From the NCBI GenBank assembly GCA_964016885.1, contig OZ024752.1, forward strand, positions 8,680,001-8,744,000: DNA of 64,000 nucleotides. The letters run 5' to 3'. Both the position numbers and the translations under genes were made by a program. Source of the stretch: Eledone cirrhosa. Its lineage: Eukaryota. The notes under the pieces were generated by a model. That model saw only the letters and a program-made list of their open reading frames with translations, was not told the origin of the DNA and made no database searches. Numbering within the stretch: the stretch's first letter is position 1; every line of letters starts with the position of its first letter. This document shows, one piece after another, positions 15,600-31,815 of this stretch.

Positions 15600-17572
15600 A
15601 TATATAAATGTATATATATATATGTAAAAGTTCTATTTAAATTGTTGGGATATAACAAGCAAATATTTTTATAACTCATATAAAGCACTCAACAAATAAT
15701 TGGAGTAAAAATACGATATTAACAAATGGAAACTATATTTATAAAACCATATTTATTTCATTATACATATTTCAAGGACACCAAGTTAAATTATGGTGTG
15801 CTTTCATCAGATAAAATATAATATAGAGCAGTTTTATAAATAAATATTGACATACCCTTAAAGAATGCAACCATTACTGTTGGAAGCTCCCGGATAGTGG
15901 GGTTATAACTTTATTTATACTATTATGTAAATTAGTATTGGATATTTTAAAATAAGCCGGTGGGTTACGGAGAAATAGAAAGAGAGAGAGAGAGAGAGAA
16001 GGACAAGAGAGAGAAAAAAGAAAAAAGAAAAAAGAAAAAAGAAAAAAGAAAAGAAAAAAGAGAGAGAAAGGAGAAAGATAAGAGAGCGAAAACTCTAAGT
16101 GATAGGTTGTTGAGTTATCTTAACATTTGAGATGAAGTGAAAGAGTAAATAAATATTTATTTTTTATGGATGAATAGAGAAATGTAAATAATCTTGAATG
16201 GAAGATACATATATAATATGAGAATTTTAACCATTGTTTAAATATGATTAAATGTTTAGTTTATCATTTAAATTATTGAGATCTATACATTAAAAATTGA
16301 AATCTATATATTAAGAGATCTATATATTATTATTAAGACTATATATTATTAAAAAATCTATATATTATTAGAAGAATATCTTCATATATATATACACGCA
16401 GGCACAGATATACATACATATAAACATATATATACGTATAAATACATATACATATATATCTACGTACATAATATATACATACAAAGTATAAAGGATTTTT
16501 TAATTTAAGATATATGAATTTTCATAAACTTATAGATTTTTCGTAGAAAATCTTATAAAATCAGAGAAAATCATTTCTATGTAATATCAAAGCAGCGTGA
16601 AGGAAATTACGTTATTTAGTTATATAAATGTTACAATTGTTAAGATATTACAGGAAATTTTATGTTATACACACCTTATGTTATTATACACATTTTTTTA
16701 TATATATATAAGTTTTATATCTAATAAAACTACCTGTTATGTAGTTATGACTGTTATTATATAGGTTTATTAATCACGAACCCTAAGATAATCCTTATAA
16801 ACAAGTGTAATCGAATTGTATGCATATACATATATATACATAATTCCCACATATATACACATAGACGTACCTCCACATATAGGTAGATATGCATCACCCA
16901 TATATATATACACATACATATACACACTTAAATATATGTACATGCATATAAATACATATATATATATATACACACATATAGAAAGAGATAGATAGATATA
17001 TAAATACAGTACATAGTAAAATTGAAGTACATAAAATAAAATAAAATAAAATAAAATAAAATAAAATAAAATAAAATAAAATAAAATAAAATAAAATAAA
17101 ATAAAATAAAATAAAATAAAATATAATAAAATAAAATAAAATAAAATAAAAAATAAAAAGAATAAAAAAGAATTATATTACGATTTGGAAATATAACTTT
17201 AAATCAATACAACTTTAAATCAATACAATTTTAAAAATATTATAGAATATTTAAATCAATATAACTTTAAATCAATACAATTTTAAAAATATTATAGAAT
17301 ATTTCAAGTTATAATTTTAAAATAATAATATGTTTAATAAATTTAGTATAAAAATGTTCTTAATTTTATATCCATAAGAGAAAGAAAGAGAAAACTTTCG
17401 AAAATAGGAGAAATTATCAAATAATATTTTCCTCTTTTAAGAGCTTTCAGTATGTTTCTCTAGAAGAGTTTTTTATATTTATTTATATTTAGGAAGAAAA
17501 GTTTTTTTACTTGAGAGTTTAAACAGTCAAAATATGTATATATATATGTATATATATGTATATATATATATG

Positions 17573-17623
<51 letters not shown>

Positions 17624-17635
17624 GTATATATATGT

Positions 17636-18174
<539 letters not shown>

Positions 18175-18202
18175 TATATATATATATATATAGATATGTA
18201 TA

Positions 18203-18281
<79 letters not shown>

Positions 18282-18296
18282 AAATAGATATGTATA

Positions 18297-18391
<95 letters not shown>

Positions 18392-18392
18392 C

Positions 18393-18513
<121 letters not shown>

Positions 18514-18967
18514 GTATATGTATATGTATATATATATAAAGGATAACAAAATATCGTTATACGTCATCCAGTTAGAGGTTGTGAATACTTATTATTATGG
18601 ATAGTTTTAGCGTATGGTGTTGTTTGACTCAACAAGAGGTTTACGTAGATGAGGAGTTTATGATTTCACTTGTATTCCTATGTAAGTTTATCTTGCAGTA
18701 ATAAAATTGAAAAAGTGGAGAATAACATGGTCAACAGTACAAAAAAGGGGATTTATTTACAGTCTGACAATTGTTTCACTGATTAAGTTGTCTAAAAATT
18801 GCTGAACACTAGCAGCAGTGCCTCTCAATTTTATATACGATGTTAACTCTGTAGGGTTAACAATTGTTAGAGTGCAAATAAACCCCCTTTTTTGTACTGT
18901 TGACCATGTTATTCTCCACTTTTTCAATTATATATGTATATATATATATATATGTATATGTATATGC

Positions 18968-19080
<113 letters not shown>

Positions 19081-19337
19081 TATATATATGTGTATATATA
19101 TGTATATATATCTTGTATATATATATGTATATATATATGTATGTATATATATATGTATATATATATGTATATATATATATGTATATACATATATATATAC
19201 ATATATGTATATATATATGTATATATATATGTATATATATGTATATATATATGTATATATATATATATCTATATATATATGTGTATGAATATATGTATAT
19301 TTATATATATATGTATATATATATACATATATATACT

Positions 19338-19373
<36 letters not shown>

Positions 19374-19424
19374 CACATACATAATGCATACGCACATATA
19401 TATATTTATATATATATATGTATA

Positions 19425-19494
<70 letters not shown>

Positions 19495-19539
19495 TAGTTA
19501 TAAATACAAAGACCAAATCTAAAAAGGACTCGATAAGAG

Positions 19540-19584
<45 letters not shown>

Positions 19585-19785
19585 TTATTTAAACCTGTAA
19601 AGCAATATTTATTATTAGTACAGATGTTTTGCATAAACTTTTAATCTATACTAATAATATAAATATGTTGTATTTCTGCTCCGTATTATACTTGATATTT
19701 TACATTGAGCTACTTTTCTTACTGGTAATCGGCTAACATATAATATTACCTTATCTTATTTATATTCTTATATATAAATATAATT

Positions 19786-19828
<43 letters not shown>

Positions 19829-20073
19829 GTAGATAAATCTACCAAGAGTTTACGGTAGTGTCCAATCCGTATGAAGAACTCAATGTATTCCGGATATCAT
19901 GGAAAGAAGAGATGTAATGAAAAATCACTTTCGGTGAAAGATAAACGGTATACAGAGTCAAGATAAAATATTAAACAAATAATGAATAAAACAATGAAAC
20001 AATTCCTTATATTAAACAACTTTTTTTGTTTAATATAAGGAATTGTTTCATTGTTTTATTCATTATTTGTTTA

Positions 20074-20080
<7 letters not shown>
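19829..20080 (-). mobile_element. Extremely truncated copy of the large PLE (3' tail plus a short inverted arm)
   Basis: 19829-20018 is the reverse complement of ~53430-53613. The inverted arm ends at the same ...TTAATATTTTA(TA)n boundary as the big palindrome. Confidence 0.85.
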
Positions 20081-20148
<68 letters not shown>

Positions 20149-20773
20149 TTCATCGAATCGAATCCTCTTTAAGTTTTGGTCCTTGTATTTATAATTACAA
20201 ATATATATATATATATATTGAGTATATGTTGGCTGTTTACCGACACCTCAGTATGCAGATTGGAGCACTCGACGAAGTACGCAGGTTGGTTTGTTTACTC
20301 CGGAGTAATGTAAAATAATTAAGTCAAATATGTAAAATTTGGCTTCGTTTATTATAAATTATAAACATACTGCTATATATATTTCATTGGCTGTGACCAA
20401 TGATGGCTGTCACCGAAATATATATAGCAGTATGTCTATAATTTATAATAAACGAAGCCAAATTTTACATATTTGACTTAATTATATTATATATATCATT
20501 GAATATTTACCCCAGAAACTGTTGAGTGCTTTGAATCAGTTATAAACATTTATATTTGTTGAATTACCAACAAATTGAATATCCCTTCTGCTTATATATC
20601 TATATATATATATATATAGATATATATATGTATATATAGTTATTCCGGCTTGAATCGGAGGTAACCACAGTAAGTAAGGTACTCAATACATAGCAGAGTA
20701 TAAAAGTAAAGTTTTAATATAGATGAGATTCTACAGGACTAGAACTGTTTCATTCTTTAAAAATCATCAGGAA

Positions 20774-20818
<45 letters not shown>

Positions 20819-20969
20819 GTATAATAAAATTTAATTGATCACAAGAATATCTATTTTGTTAACATTTGAATTAATATTAATAACTCTAGAAAAACTTTTT
20901 ACTGTAGAGTGCTTCCAATCTATTGTAAAACTCATTCTTTGAAGTACTCATTGAATCTTGTTTAACTCT

Positions 20970-21048
<79 letters not shown>

Positions 21049-21049
<1 letters not shown>

Positions 21050-21188
21050 GTAACACAACAGTTAGTTCACCATACCGAGAACAATTGCGTTTCATCTTAT
21101 GCGGATCTTCAGTGATGACCAGTCCGAGCTGAAGGTCTGCATAAGGGGAAACAGTTGTTCTCGGTATGGTGAACTAACTGTTGTGTTA

Positions 21189-21190
<2 letters not shown>
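21049..21190. mobile_element. Hairpin element flanked by (GT)n/(CA)n, with an HHR-like motif at 21124-21164 (+)
   Basis: CCGAG CTGAAGG TCTGCATAAGGG GAAA CAGTTG TT CTCGG. The opposite arm has CTGAAGA...GAAA. Confidence 0.6.
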
Positions 21191-21250
<60 letters not shown>

Positions 21251-21251
<1 letters not shown>

Positions 21252-21503
21252 GTAATAATAATAAATTTGAAGACTAAAATCCAAAGAGGGCTCGAAAAAG
21301 ATAAATATATATCAAATATATAAGAACCGTAGAGCAAATATTTATTAAAATAACAGATTAAAGTTTAAGCAAAGAATCGCTGCTTTCACCCTTAACAGGA
21401 TCTTCTGAAACTAACAAAGATTGACTTTGTTAGTTTCAGAAGATCCCGTTAAGGGTGAAAGCACCGATTCTTTGCTTAAACTTTAATCTGTTATTTTAAT
21501 AAA
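21251..21503 (-). mobile_element. Hairpin-plus-tail element, family E (fragments at 26350-26470, 33023-33165, 40121-40325, 40398-40447)
   Basis: Inverted arms centred at ~21421. Contains an HHR-like but non-canonical CAGAAGA TCCC-GTTAA-GGGT GAAA. Confidence 0.65.
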
Positions 21504-21523
21504 TATATATATATATATATATA

Positions 21524-21851
21524 TTTAAGAGTTAAACAAGATTCAAGTACTTCAAAGAATGAATTTTACAATAGATTGGAAGCACTCTACAGGTAAATAT
21601 TTTCCAGAGTTATTAATATTAATTCAAATATTAACAAAATAGATATTCTTGTGATCAATTAAATTTTATTATACATATTTCAGAGGTACTACCCCTTGAT
21701 TAAATTTTAACCATCTACCATGTCAGGGTATGTCATGTATCATTTTATTTTATCTGATGAGGACGTACTGTTGAACCTAAATCAGTACCTCTGAAATATG
21801 TATAATAAAATTTAATTTATCACAAGAATATCTATTTTGTTAATGTTTGAA

Positions 21852-21857
<6 letters not shown>
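21524..21857. mobile_element. Hairpin-plus-tail element, family C (related pieces 20815-20973, 27241-27500, 42389-42505)
   Basis: Partial inverted arms, an HHR, and a tail with CTGTAGAGTGCTTCC on the minus strand. Confidence 0.75.
21748..21810 (+). ncRNA. Type I hammerhead ribozyme (family C)
   Basis: TTTTAT CTGATGA GGACGTACTG...CAGTACCTCT GAAA TATGTA TA ATAAAA. Confidence 0.78.
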
Positions 21858-21926
<69 letters not shown>

Positions 21927-21934
<8 letters not shown>

Positions 21935-22149
21935 CGTAAAATAAGAAAATTAAAAAAAAAATTTTTAAAAATTAACTTACTTTAGTAAGTAAGTTAATTT
22001 TTTAAATTTTTTAAAAAAATTTTCTTATTTTACGTCTTTTATATTATTGTTCTGCTTCCTCCTGCATTGAACCACCTAGGTACTATGACATAACCTGTGT
22101 ATTTGCTGGCATTAGCATACATCTGTCCGCATATGTTAGTAGATATACT

Positions 22150-22155
<6 letters not shown>
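21927..22155 (+). mobile_element. AT-rich hairpin-plus-tail insertion in (TA)n
   Basis: TAAAAGACGTAAAATAAGAAAA...TTTTCTTATTTTACGTCTTTTA arms, then a ~110-nt unpaired tail. Confidence 0.55.
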
Positions 22156-22225
<70 letters not shown>

Positions 22226-22493
22226 TCACGTGTATCTATTCTTTCTTCAAACTTACATTTTAGACTTAGCTCTGTTTAATTGATTATTTATCTAGTTAAT
22301 TTCTACGGAATAAGAGGAAAGACTAGGTAAATTTTATCCGACTGTTCCTCATAGGGGAATATCGGTAACATTTATCTTTTATTTCTTCAAAGTTACATTT
22401 TAAACTTAGCTCCGTTTAAATCATTATTTATCTGGTTGATTTCTACAGACTAAGAAGAAAGAATTGGATAAATTTTGTCTGACTATTCTTCAA

Positions 22494-22578
<85 letters not shown>

Positions 22579-22920
22579 TATAAATATACATATATATATA
22601 TAAATATACATAAACATATATATATATATACATATATATATACGCATATACATATGCAATATATATATACATATACATAAACATATATACTTATGCATAT
22701 ACATATATATACAGAAATATACATATATATATGCATATACACACATATATATGCATATACACACATATATATGCATATACACACATATATATGTATATAC
22801 ACACACATATATACACACATATACACGTATATACACACACATAAATAGATACATATATTTATATATATATATATATATGTATGCATATATATATATATGC
22901 ATATACACACATATATATGC

Positions 22921-22981
<61 letters not shown>

Positions 22982-23141
22982 CATATACATACATATATAT
23001 GCATATACACACATATATATGTATATACACGCACATATATACACACATATACACACATATATATGTATATACACACACATAAATACATACATATATTTAT
23101 ATATATATATATATATGTATGCATATATATATATATATATA

Positions 23142-23229
<88 letters not shown>

Positions 23230-23232
23230 CAT

Positions 23233-23275
<43 letters not shown>

Positions 23276-23616
23276 ATAAGAAACGGAGAATCAGTGGTGC
23301 GACGAATTAGAATTTATTAGACATATTAGAATCGTTTCTCTGGCGACCAGCTCGAGGCACGATCGATGCGATGATCGAACCTGACTCTGAAATCGCAAGT
23401 TCTTGAGACAAGTCTCAATCCTTCGAAGCAGAGTTTCAAAAGACATAAGTTAAGTATATAAGCAGCAACCCAGACAACATCACAGAGTATCGAACTCTCT
23501 AATCCGTCGTCTCTACTGGATCGATCACGCCATAGCTATTTCTTCGTAGTACACTATATGATGTTTTCTACATTGATTTCCTATAGTTGCAATTCCGCTC
23601 CCATGTATATATATAG

Positions 23617-24045
23617 CACCAGTGGATTGGCAGTATTGGTAGAGGGTCGGACGCCATGCTTTGATGTATAGAGTTACGGTCCTTGCCATTCTGAGTTCAA
23701 ATCCCGCCGAGGATAACTTTGCCTTTCATCCTTACAGGGTCGATAAAATAAAGTACCAGTAATGTACTGGGTATTTGCTGGTCTTGTGCCAAACGTAGAA
23801 ACAATTATTAAATTAGACGTCGATGGCGATGGATAAGGGCGATTGATTGGCAGTATCGGTAGAGGGTCGGACGCCATGCTTTGCAGCATAGAGTTACGGC
23901 GCTTTACGTTCTGAGTTTTAAATCCCGCTGAGTTTAACTTTGCCTTTCATCCTTACGGGGTCGATAAAATAACGTACCAGTAATTCACTGGTGTAATTTG
24001 CTGGCCTTGTGCTAAAAGTAGAAACAATTATTAAGTTAGACGTGG
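23617..24045 (+). mobile_element. Two tandem tRNA-derived Nin/Deu-domain-like SINEs (further copies ~10290-10440, 25045-25185, 26920-27110, 34125-34315, 35627-35770, 38585-38705)
   Basis: GAGTTCAAATCCCGCCGAGG..AACTTTGCCTTTCATCCTTACGGGGTCGATAAAATAAAGTACCAGT. Confidence 0.7.
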
Positions 24046-24291
24046 CCTGGACCAACACTGGCCGAAACCTATCAAAGTTATACAGCCGAGAAGCAACAAA
24101 AGGGGCCCACATCGAGTGTCTAGTTGATATTTGCCGAGTAACAAAAGGGGCCCACATCGAGTGTCTATTTGATATCAACCAATGCCACAAGAAACTCTGT
24201 TAGTTTATTTAACTATAGCCACAAATATTATAAGAATATTCATTTAAGTTTTCATATTATAAGTATTAGAAATCAAGGTCTGTGTCGATAA

Positions 24292-24345
<54 letters not shown>

Positions 24346-24718
24346 GAAGGAGTTGTGGTAAGGAACCAGATGGACCATAACGCACCAGAGTACTCAATAC
24401 TTAGGGTAGTAGTGTGGGTAATAGGAAAATGTATGACCCCGACGGCAGAGCTCAGGCCGTTTCGACGGCTATTTCAGTCAAGAAATAGCCGTCTAAACGA
24501 TATATATCGATAGACTTTCGTCAAATCGGACCGAGGAAACAATGTTTCCATTGGTCTTTCCAATTGCTAGTACTATCTATCGGTCACAACTCCAGGTAGA
24601 AGGAGCAAGGTGAAATAAAGTGTCTTGCTCAAGGACATAACGTATCGCCCGGTCGAAGAATCGAACATCGAACTCACAACCTCATGATTGTGAATCCAAT
24701 TCTCAGCCACACGCCTTC

Positions 24719-24812
<94 letters not shown>

Positions 24813-25392
24813 TCTTGATAGTTCTTCCTCGCTCCGTCCTGAGTTTCCACCCACTATACACGCACATATATTATATACATACATACACACGCACACACAC
24901 ACAAACATATATATATATATATATACATACACAGATAGACACACATACCAACACACCCATACACACACACTTGTATGTATGTATGGTCCTGTAACTCCTT
25001 ATAGAGACTTAGGGGTGCCGTATCAAGATACGGGGTACCTTGGGCATTACCAGTACTTGACTGCTACTTTTTTATCGAAGGGGTGAAAGGCAAAGTTGAC
25101 TTCGGCAGGATTTGAACTCAGAGAGCAAAAAGCCGCAACGAATAACATAAAACATTCTACCCGACGTTCTAGCGACCCTGCCAATATATATATATAAATA
25201 TACACACACACACGCACACACACACACACATATATATATACATACACAAACATATATAAATCATACACAAAACGCCACCACCAACAATTTTGCAAGAGAT
25301 GTCAACATGAATGGACCTATTATTTTTGTCTAAAGACATTTTTTCCAATTCCATCCCGCCCGTCCCCTTAATCTATTTTATTTCTCATTCTT

Positions 25393-25428
25393 TCTTCTGA
25401 GGAAGGACTAACGTCCGAAACGTTAAGA
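25393..25428 (+). ncRNA. Minimal hammerhead-like motif (family G; relative at 363-398)
   Basis: TCTT CTGAGGA A GGAC-TAAC-GTCC GAAA CG TT AAGA. At 363-398: TTTT CTGATGA AGGACTAGTCTCC GAAA CG TT AAGA. Confidence 0.6.
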
Positions 25429-25531
25429 CCCTTTTCCTGCTATATCAAGCGTTAACCTAATATATACCTTCCATATACTGTACCGATTGTGTTGTTATTT
25501 CTATTTACCTTTTACATACATACATACATAT

Positions 25532-25580
<49 letters not shown>

Positions 25581-25684
25581 AAAGTTTTATATAAAATTGT
25601 TGGGTTACAACAAGTAAATATTTTATAACTGATATAAAGCACTCGACAAGTTTTGGAGTAGATATACGATATTTGTTTAATATC

Positions 25685-25861
<177 letters not shown>

Positions 25862-26039
25862 ATGTATGTATGTATATATGTATGTATGTATGTAAAAGGT
25901 AAATAGAAATAACAACACAATCGGTACAGTATATGGAAGGTATATATAAGGTTAACGCTTGATATAGGTTACAGAGCTTATTAGTTATGTAATAAACAAC
26001 ATAATATATTAGTTATGTAATAAACAACATATATATATG

Positions 26040-26190
26040 TGAAGGCGCATGGCTTAGTGGTTAGAGCATTGGGCTTGCAATCGAAAGGTTGTGAGTTCAA
26101 TTCTCGGACCGGGTGATGTGTTGTTTCCTTGAGCAAGACACTTTATTTCACGTTGCTCCAGTTTACTCACCTATAGAAATGAGTACCGGT
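26040..26190 (+). mobile_element. tRNA-derived V-domain-like SINE (minus copies ~2290-2421 and ~24590-24716)
   Basis: A box TGGCTTAGTGG, B box GAGTTCAATTC, then CCTTGAGCAAGACACTTTATTTC. Confidence 0.7.
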
Positions 26191-27204
26191 CTGCCCGCCC
26201 AGCCAGTGGGATGGCGTTATCTTATGGCTAAAACAGCACGACCTGCTGTGACCAGCGACGCCGATTGGCGGTGATCAAGGTGATATATCTATATACATAT
26301 ATATATATATATATACACACAGACATATATATATATATATATATATATAGTAATAATAATAAATTTGAAAAGAGGGCTCGATAACCGAGGGAGCCAAATA
26401 GTAATAATAATAAATTTAAAGATCCCGTTAAGGGTGAAAGCAGCAATTCTTTGCTTAAATCTGTTCTTTTAATATATATATATATATAAAATCAAGGTCT
26501 ACCAAATAGAGTGAAAGTTTTAAAATAAATTTTAAAAAATTCGCAGTACTTACTATATGTATTTTTTACACGTAGGAATTCATACTTTATTGTTATATAT
26601 ATATATGTGTATGTTATATATATATATGTGTATGAAGGCGCAAAGCCTTTTATATACTCGCGTTGATTTTAAGAAACAGGAGAAAAATATACTGAATACT
26701 ATAGTAGAATGGGGTAGAATATGTATTATTTAGACGGACATAACAGTCTGTTACCCGTGAATTTTTCTGACATGTGACAGGTTCCTCAAGAAATAGCCAG
26801 GAAAGGCACACACGTGAAGGGAGCTCTAGTATAACGGCTTTTAAACTCTGTTTCATTATTTCCTTGAACCCTCGACACAACTTTATTATGCGGACATTTG
26901 CCATCCCCCAACTATTGTTTTACCGTTTGAAGGGAAAGGGGAAGTCGATTAAATCGATCCCAGTACATTACTGCAACTTTATTTTATCGACTCCGTAAGG
27001 ATGAGTGCCAAAGCTAATCTGGTGGGATTTGAACTCAGTATGTAATGAGCCAGGACAAACGCCAGAAAACATTTTACCCATTGCTGTAATGTTTCTGCCA
27101 ATCCCTCGCCCTTCTCCTAATAGTAGTTTCTTATTTAGGCCCAAGAACAACAATTTGGGTAGGAGAAAGTTGATTAAATCGACCCCAGTATATATATATA
27201 TAGA

Positions 27205-27244
<40 letters not shown>

Positions 27245-27384
27245 AAGATTAAACAAGGTTCAATGAATAAATCAAAGAATGAGTTTTACAATAGATTGGA
27301 AGCACTCAACAGAATTGGTTTACCGAAGTTATTAATATTAATTCAAAATATTAACAAAAATAGACATTCGTGTGATCAAGTATA

Positions 27385-27447
27385 TTTTATTATACGTATT
27401 TCAGAGGTACTGAACTATCTTCAACAGTACGTCCTCATCAGATAAAA
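27385..27447 (-). ncRNA. Type I hammerhead ribozyme (family C)
   Basis: Minus strand TTTTAT CTGATGA GGACGTACTG...CAGTACCTCT GAAA TACGTA TA ATAAAA. Confidence 0.8.
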
Positions 27448-28640
27448 TAAGATGATGCATGACATACCCTGACATAGTAGATGGTTAAGATTCAGGCATG
27501 GTAGTGAATATGATATGACAAGACTCAATATTTATATACCTTAAGATTGAGACATGAAAAAACTTACATATAATACAGAGGATGCGTGTGAGAAAGCTTA
27601 AAAATAGATAATAGCAATTTACATAACTATTAGAGATTCAAATAATTTAAATTATTGAAGAAAGAAGAAAGAAAGAAGAAAGACAGAGAGAAACAGATGA
27701 GGAAAAATATAGTTACTAGAAGTGTAGAAAGCAAAAGAGAATTGATCAAGGATAGAGAGACAAAGGGGAATAATTTTTATAGTATAAAGCATAGATAAAT
27801 ACATGAATATACATTTGGGCATAGCTTTGTGAAAGAGTAAACTCGAATCTTTGAATTATCTAGAAGTATCTATCTATCTAAATATTAAATATATCTGGGT
27901 GTATTTATATGAGGGTTTAATTTCGAGTCCTCAATTAATAAGAAATATACTAACAATTATTTATACACCATATATATCCAAACTTATCCGGCTGACCGTT
28001 AAATTTCAAATTCCTTATGTTAGTTCAGAAAAATGGATTAAACTAAAGGTATAATATTACAGGCTATACAAGTTTATAAATGTTTATATTAATATTAAAT
28101 TATAAATTAAATTATAAATTTTAAATTATATAGCTTAAATATTTGGCACTTATATGATCGCAAATAAATTACTTATTTATTTTGAATCTGGTTCGTTTCC
28201 TTATGATTCATGAAATTGTTATAGTATATATGTATTACATGATCCTAAGATACAATAATTGATCTAAAACCTTAATTGTAACAATATTAACAATAACTTA
28301 TTTATTCTATTATATTATATTGTCTTATGTATAACTGACTAATATCGTCTTGAACTTTAGACAATATACTCTTTGTATATATTTGGACAAATGCATATAT
28401 CAAATTTAATAATAACTTTTTAAAGTTTAATTATAAGGCCTCTTGATGCTTTAGGGCATTCTAATTGTTAATTTAAAATTTTTAAAGTTATAACTGTAAT
28501 TATTTTCTAAATTATATAGTGAGAATTATTTTAGTATGGGAAAATAATATAAGATAATATAATTTAATATGATTTACCTTCGTGTGGATGAAAATACTAA
28601 GTTTCTTTCTCATGTTTGAAAATACTTTAAATATGATTTT

Positions 28641-28728
<88 letters not shown>

Positions 28729-29044
28729 CATAATCGGAGAAAGGTAATAGCGATACTCCGGCCAAATTCCAACTCACTCAACAAACATTAGGAAATAACT
28801 GAGTATATTCCTAATTAAACGTTCGGGTGCTAACTAATTGTATTGTGTGGAAAATTGGCTGTATCATTTCATATGAGATATATATATATGTGTGTATATG
28901 TATATATATGTATGTATATATCTGATAGTATATGTATATATATATGTATGTGTATATATATATATATGTGTGTGTATGTGCGTATATGTATATATATATA
29001 TATATGTAATTATATATGTGTATATATGTATATATATATATGTG

Positions 29045-29126
<82 letters not shown>

Positions 29127-29189
29127 TATATATATATATTTATATGTAATTATATATATGTATATATGTATTTGTGTACTATGTATATG

Positions 29190-29224
<35 letters not shown>

Positions 29225-29254
29225 ATATACCCCCCCCCACATATATGTAATATA

Positions 29255-29910
29255 TCTTCTTCTTCTTCTTCTTCTTCTTTGCCCACTTATTCCTAAGAAG
29301 GTCGTGGGGTCAGGGTCCTCAAACACTCCTTCCAGCAGGTCTTGGTGGGTCCTGTCAGAAGCAACCACCTCCAACTGATCTGGCTGGTTCCTCACTGGTG
29401 ACCAGCCAAGCTCATGGATGTTATCCAACCATCTTGCTCAAGGTCTACCCCTGGGTCTCCTCCTGGTTGGTTTTACCCGTAAAATCTGTCCAGTGATTCT
29501 TTCCTGAGACATTCTAACCACATGTCCATAGTATCGGAGCTGTGATCTCTCAATTCAGAGAAGTAGCAGCTCTACCTGGAGTGACTCTCCAGTGATTCTT
29601 TCCTGAGACATTCTAACCACATGTCCATAGTATCGGAGCTGTGATCTCTCAATTCAGAGAAGTAGCAGCTCTACCTGGAGTGACTCTCCAGTGATTCTTT
29701 CCTGAGACATTCTAACCACATGTCCATAGTATCGGAGCTGTGATCTCTCAATTCAGAGAAGTAGCAGCTCTACCTGGAGTGACTCTCCAGTGATTCTTTC
29801 CTGAGACATTCTAACCACATGTCCATAGTATCGGAGCTGTGATCTCTCAATTCAGAGAAGTAGCAGCTCTACCTGGAGTAACTCGGATCTCCGAGTTACG
29901 CACCGTATTG
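29255..29910 (-). mobile_element. RTE-clade LINE 3' fragment with (AAG)n tail and a 4x 99-bp internal tandem amplification
   Basis: Minus translation LLLLRIERSQLRYYGHVVRM...RRPRGRP..RWLDNI. Unit starts at 29490, 29589, 29688 and 29787. Confidence 0.8.
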
Positions 29911-30295
29911 AGGAGCGTAAGGGTTGGCACGAATATCGAATTGAAGATATTTATATTATATTATATTATATTATATTATATTATATTATATTATATTATA
30001 TTATATTATATTATATTATATTATATTATATTATATTATTATATATATATATATATATATATTACTCCCCTTTGACCACATAAACATTTAACTTTGTAAC
30101 ACCGAGATATGAATTTCGATGTTAAAATTCTACTCATACCCATTCAGGGTTCTTTATTAAATCCTTTATTTTCTTGTACGCCTCTGAGGAGTCCAACTTG
30201 GGCGTAACATGTGTAAGAGCTTCTTATAAATATGTTTTAACGGCTTGCTTCTCTTTCATCAATTTCTTCGATTATATATACATACACACACACAC

Positions 30296-30436
<141 letters not shown>

Positions 30437-30593
30437 TATATGTGTATATATATATATGAAAAGATAGAATCGGTTTTAAACTAGTCCTTTACTCAACAGA
30501 ATACGCGATACTTAGGATAGTTTAATATGGCTACATTATAAAAAGTCGGGGCCCGACGGCTGAGCTCTCGTCGTTTCATAATTACCCACCGCC

Positions 30594-30627
<34 letters not shown>

Positions 30628-31264
30628 ATATATATATATATATCATATCTTATCTATTTCTATTATTTTCTCGATGAAAGCAAAGCCGATGTTAGCTTTG
30701 TCTTTGAAGTTTACGGGTTCAATAAAATATAGTACCAGTAATGCACTGGGGTTTTTTCATTGACTTTCCCCTCCCCCCAAATTGTTGGCCTTGTACCTAA
30801 ATCGGAACCCATTATTTTCCATATATAATTTCTTGCTTGCAATAATGTTATCTAAATATAAATGATATTTATATATACCCACACAGATATATATTTATAT
30901 ATAATTAATATATGCGCATATATATGCATATATATATATTTAGGTCTAGACGAAAGTCTGTCTCCAACTGGTGTTTATCTCGGTTTCGTCGTGTGAAGAC
31001 TGCCCCCCCCCCCCCGGAAAGGACGCCAGTCCATCGCAGGGCTAAACCCGTGGCTACTGCAGGTACTTATTTTCAGGTGGGTATACTGGAGTAACGTGAA
31101 ATGAAAGGTTTTTCTCAACTACACCACACACAACCCAGAAATCGAACCTACGACATTATGACCGTAAGCTCAACACCGTTACCACGAGGCCACGTGACTA
31201 TATATATACCCACACACGTAGTCCTAGCCATGCTAGTGTGGAAGATAGCCGTTAAACGATGATC

Positions 31265-31510
31265 AAAAGTAACACAGAGGAGACTGAGGTTAGCTGGACA
31301 TACTCACCGACATTCAGAGTCGACACTGCACTCAGTGCTCCTGTGGGAGCCCCTACACGGACACACTAGAAGAGGGAGACCGAGGTTGACATATATTGAT
31401 GCCCTAAAGACAGACACTCGTCTCTTGGAGGTGCAGGACACGGCGGCGACGATGAAGGACAGAGACTGCTGGAGAGAACTCGTCTATGGATCTCTGGAAT
31501 TTTACCCGCG
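31265..31510 (+). mobile_element. RTE-like LINE 3' fragment
   Basis: QRRLRLAGHTHRH...VLLWEPLHGHTRRGRPRLTYIDALK...MKDRDCWRELV. Confidence 0.75.
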
Positions 31511-31530
31511 CTCTCTCTCTCTCTCTCTCT

Positions 31531-31589
<59 letters not shown>

Positions 31590-31748
31590 GGAGGTGAGTT
31601 TTATTGTAGTACAATAAAGCAATGCAGATATCGGATAAGAAGCACTCTACAGTTTGTAGGACTGGAGTATACATAATATATAAGAATATGTTGATTTAAA
31701 ACTGCACTATCCACAAGTGTTTTTTAACCTTCATATCTTGTCTTCCTG

Positions 31749-31815
31749 TTTTATCTGATGAAAACACAAATATTATTGCATGATGATATTTGTTTTTGAA
31801 ATGCGCATAATAAAA
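31749..31815 (+). ncRNA. Type I hammerhead ribozyme (family B, copy 2)
   Basis: Same motif as 17981-18047. Confidence 0.8.

Noticed and set aside
26040-26115. tRNA gene
   Set aside because: A/B boxes continue into a SINE body and no full cloverleaf is evident.
30181-30220. HHR-like motifs at 30181, 37705 and 41348
   Set aside because: Core or stem mismatches (GTAA, missing GAAA, CCGAAGA). Possibly decayed, but not supportable as ribozymes.
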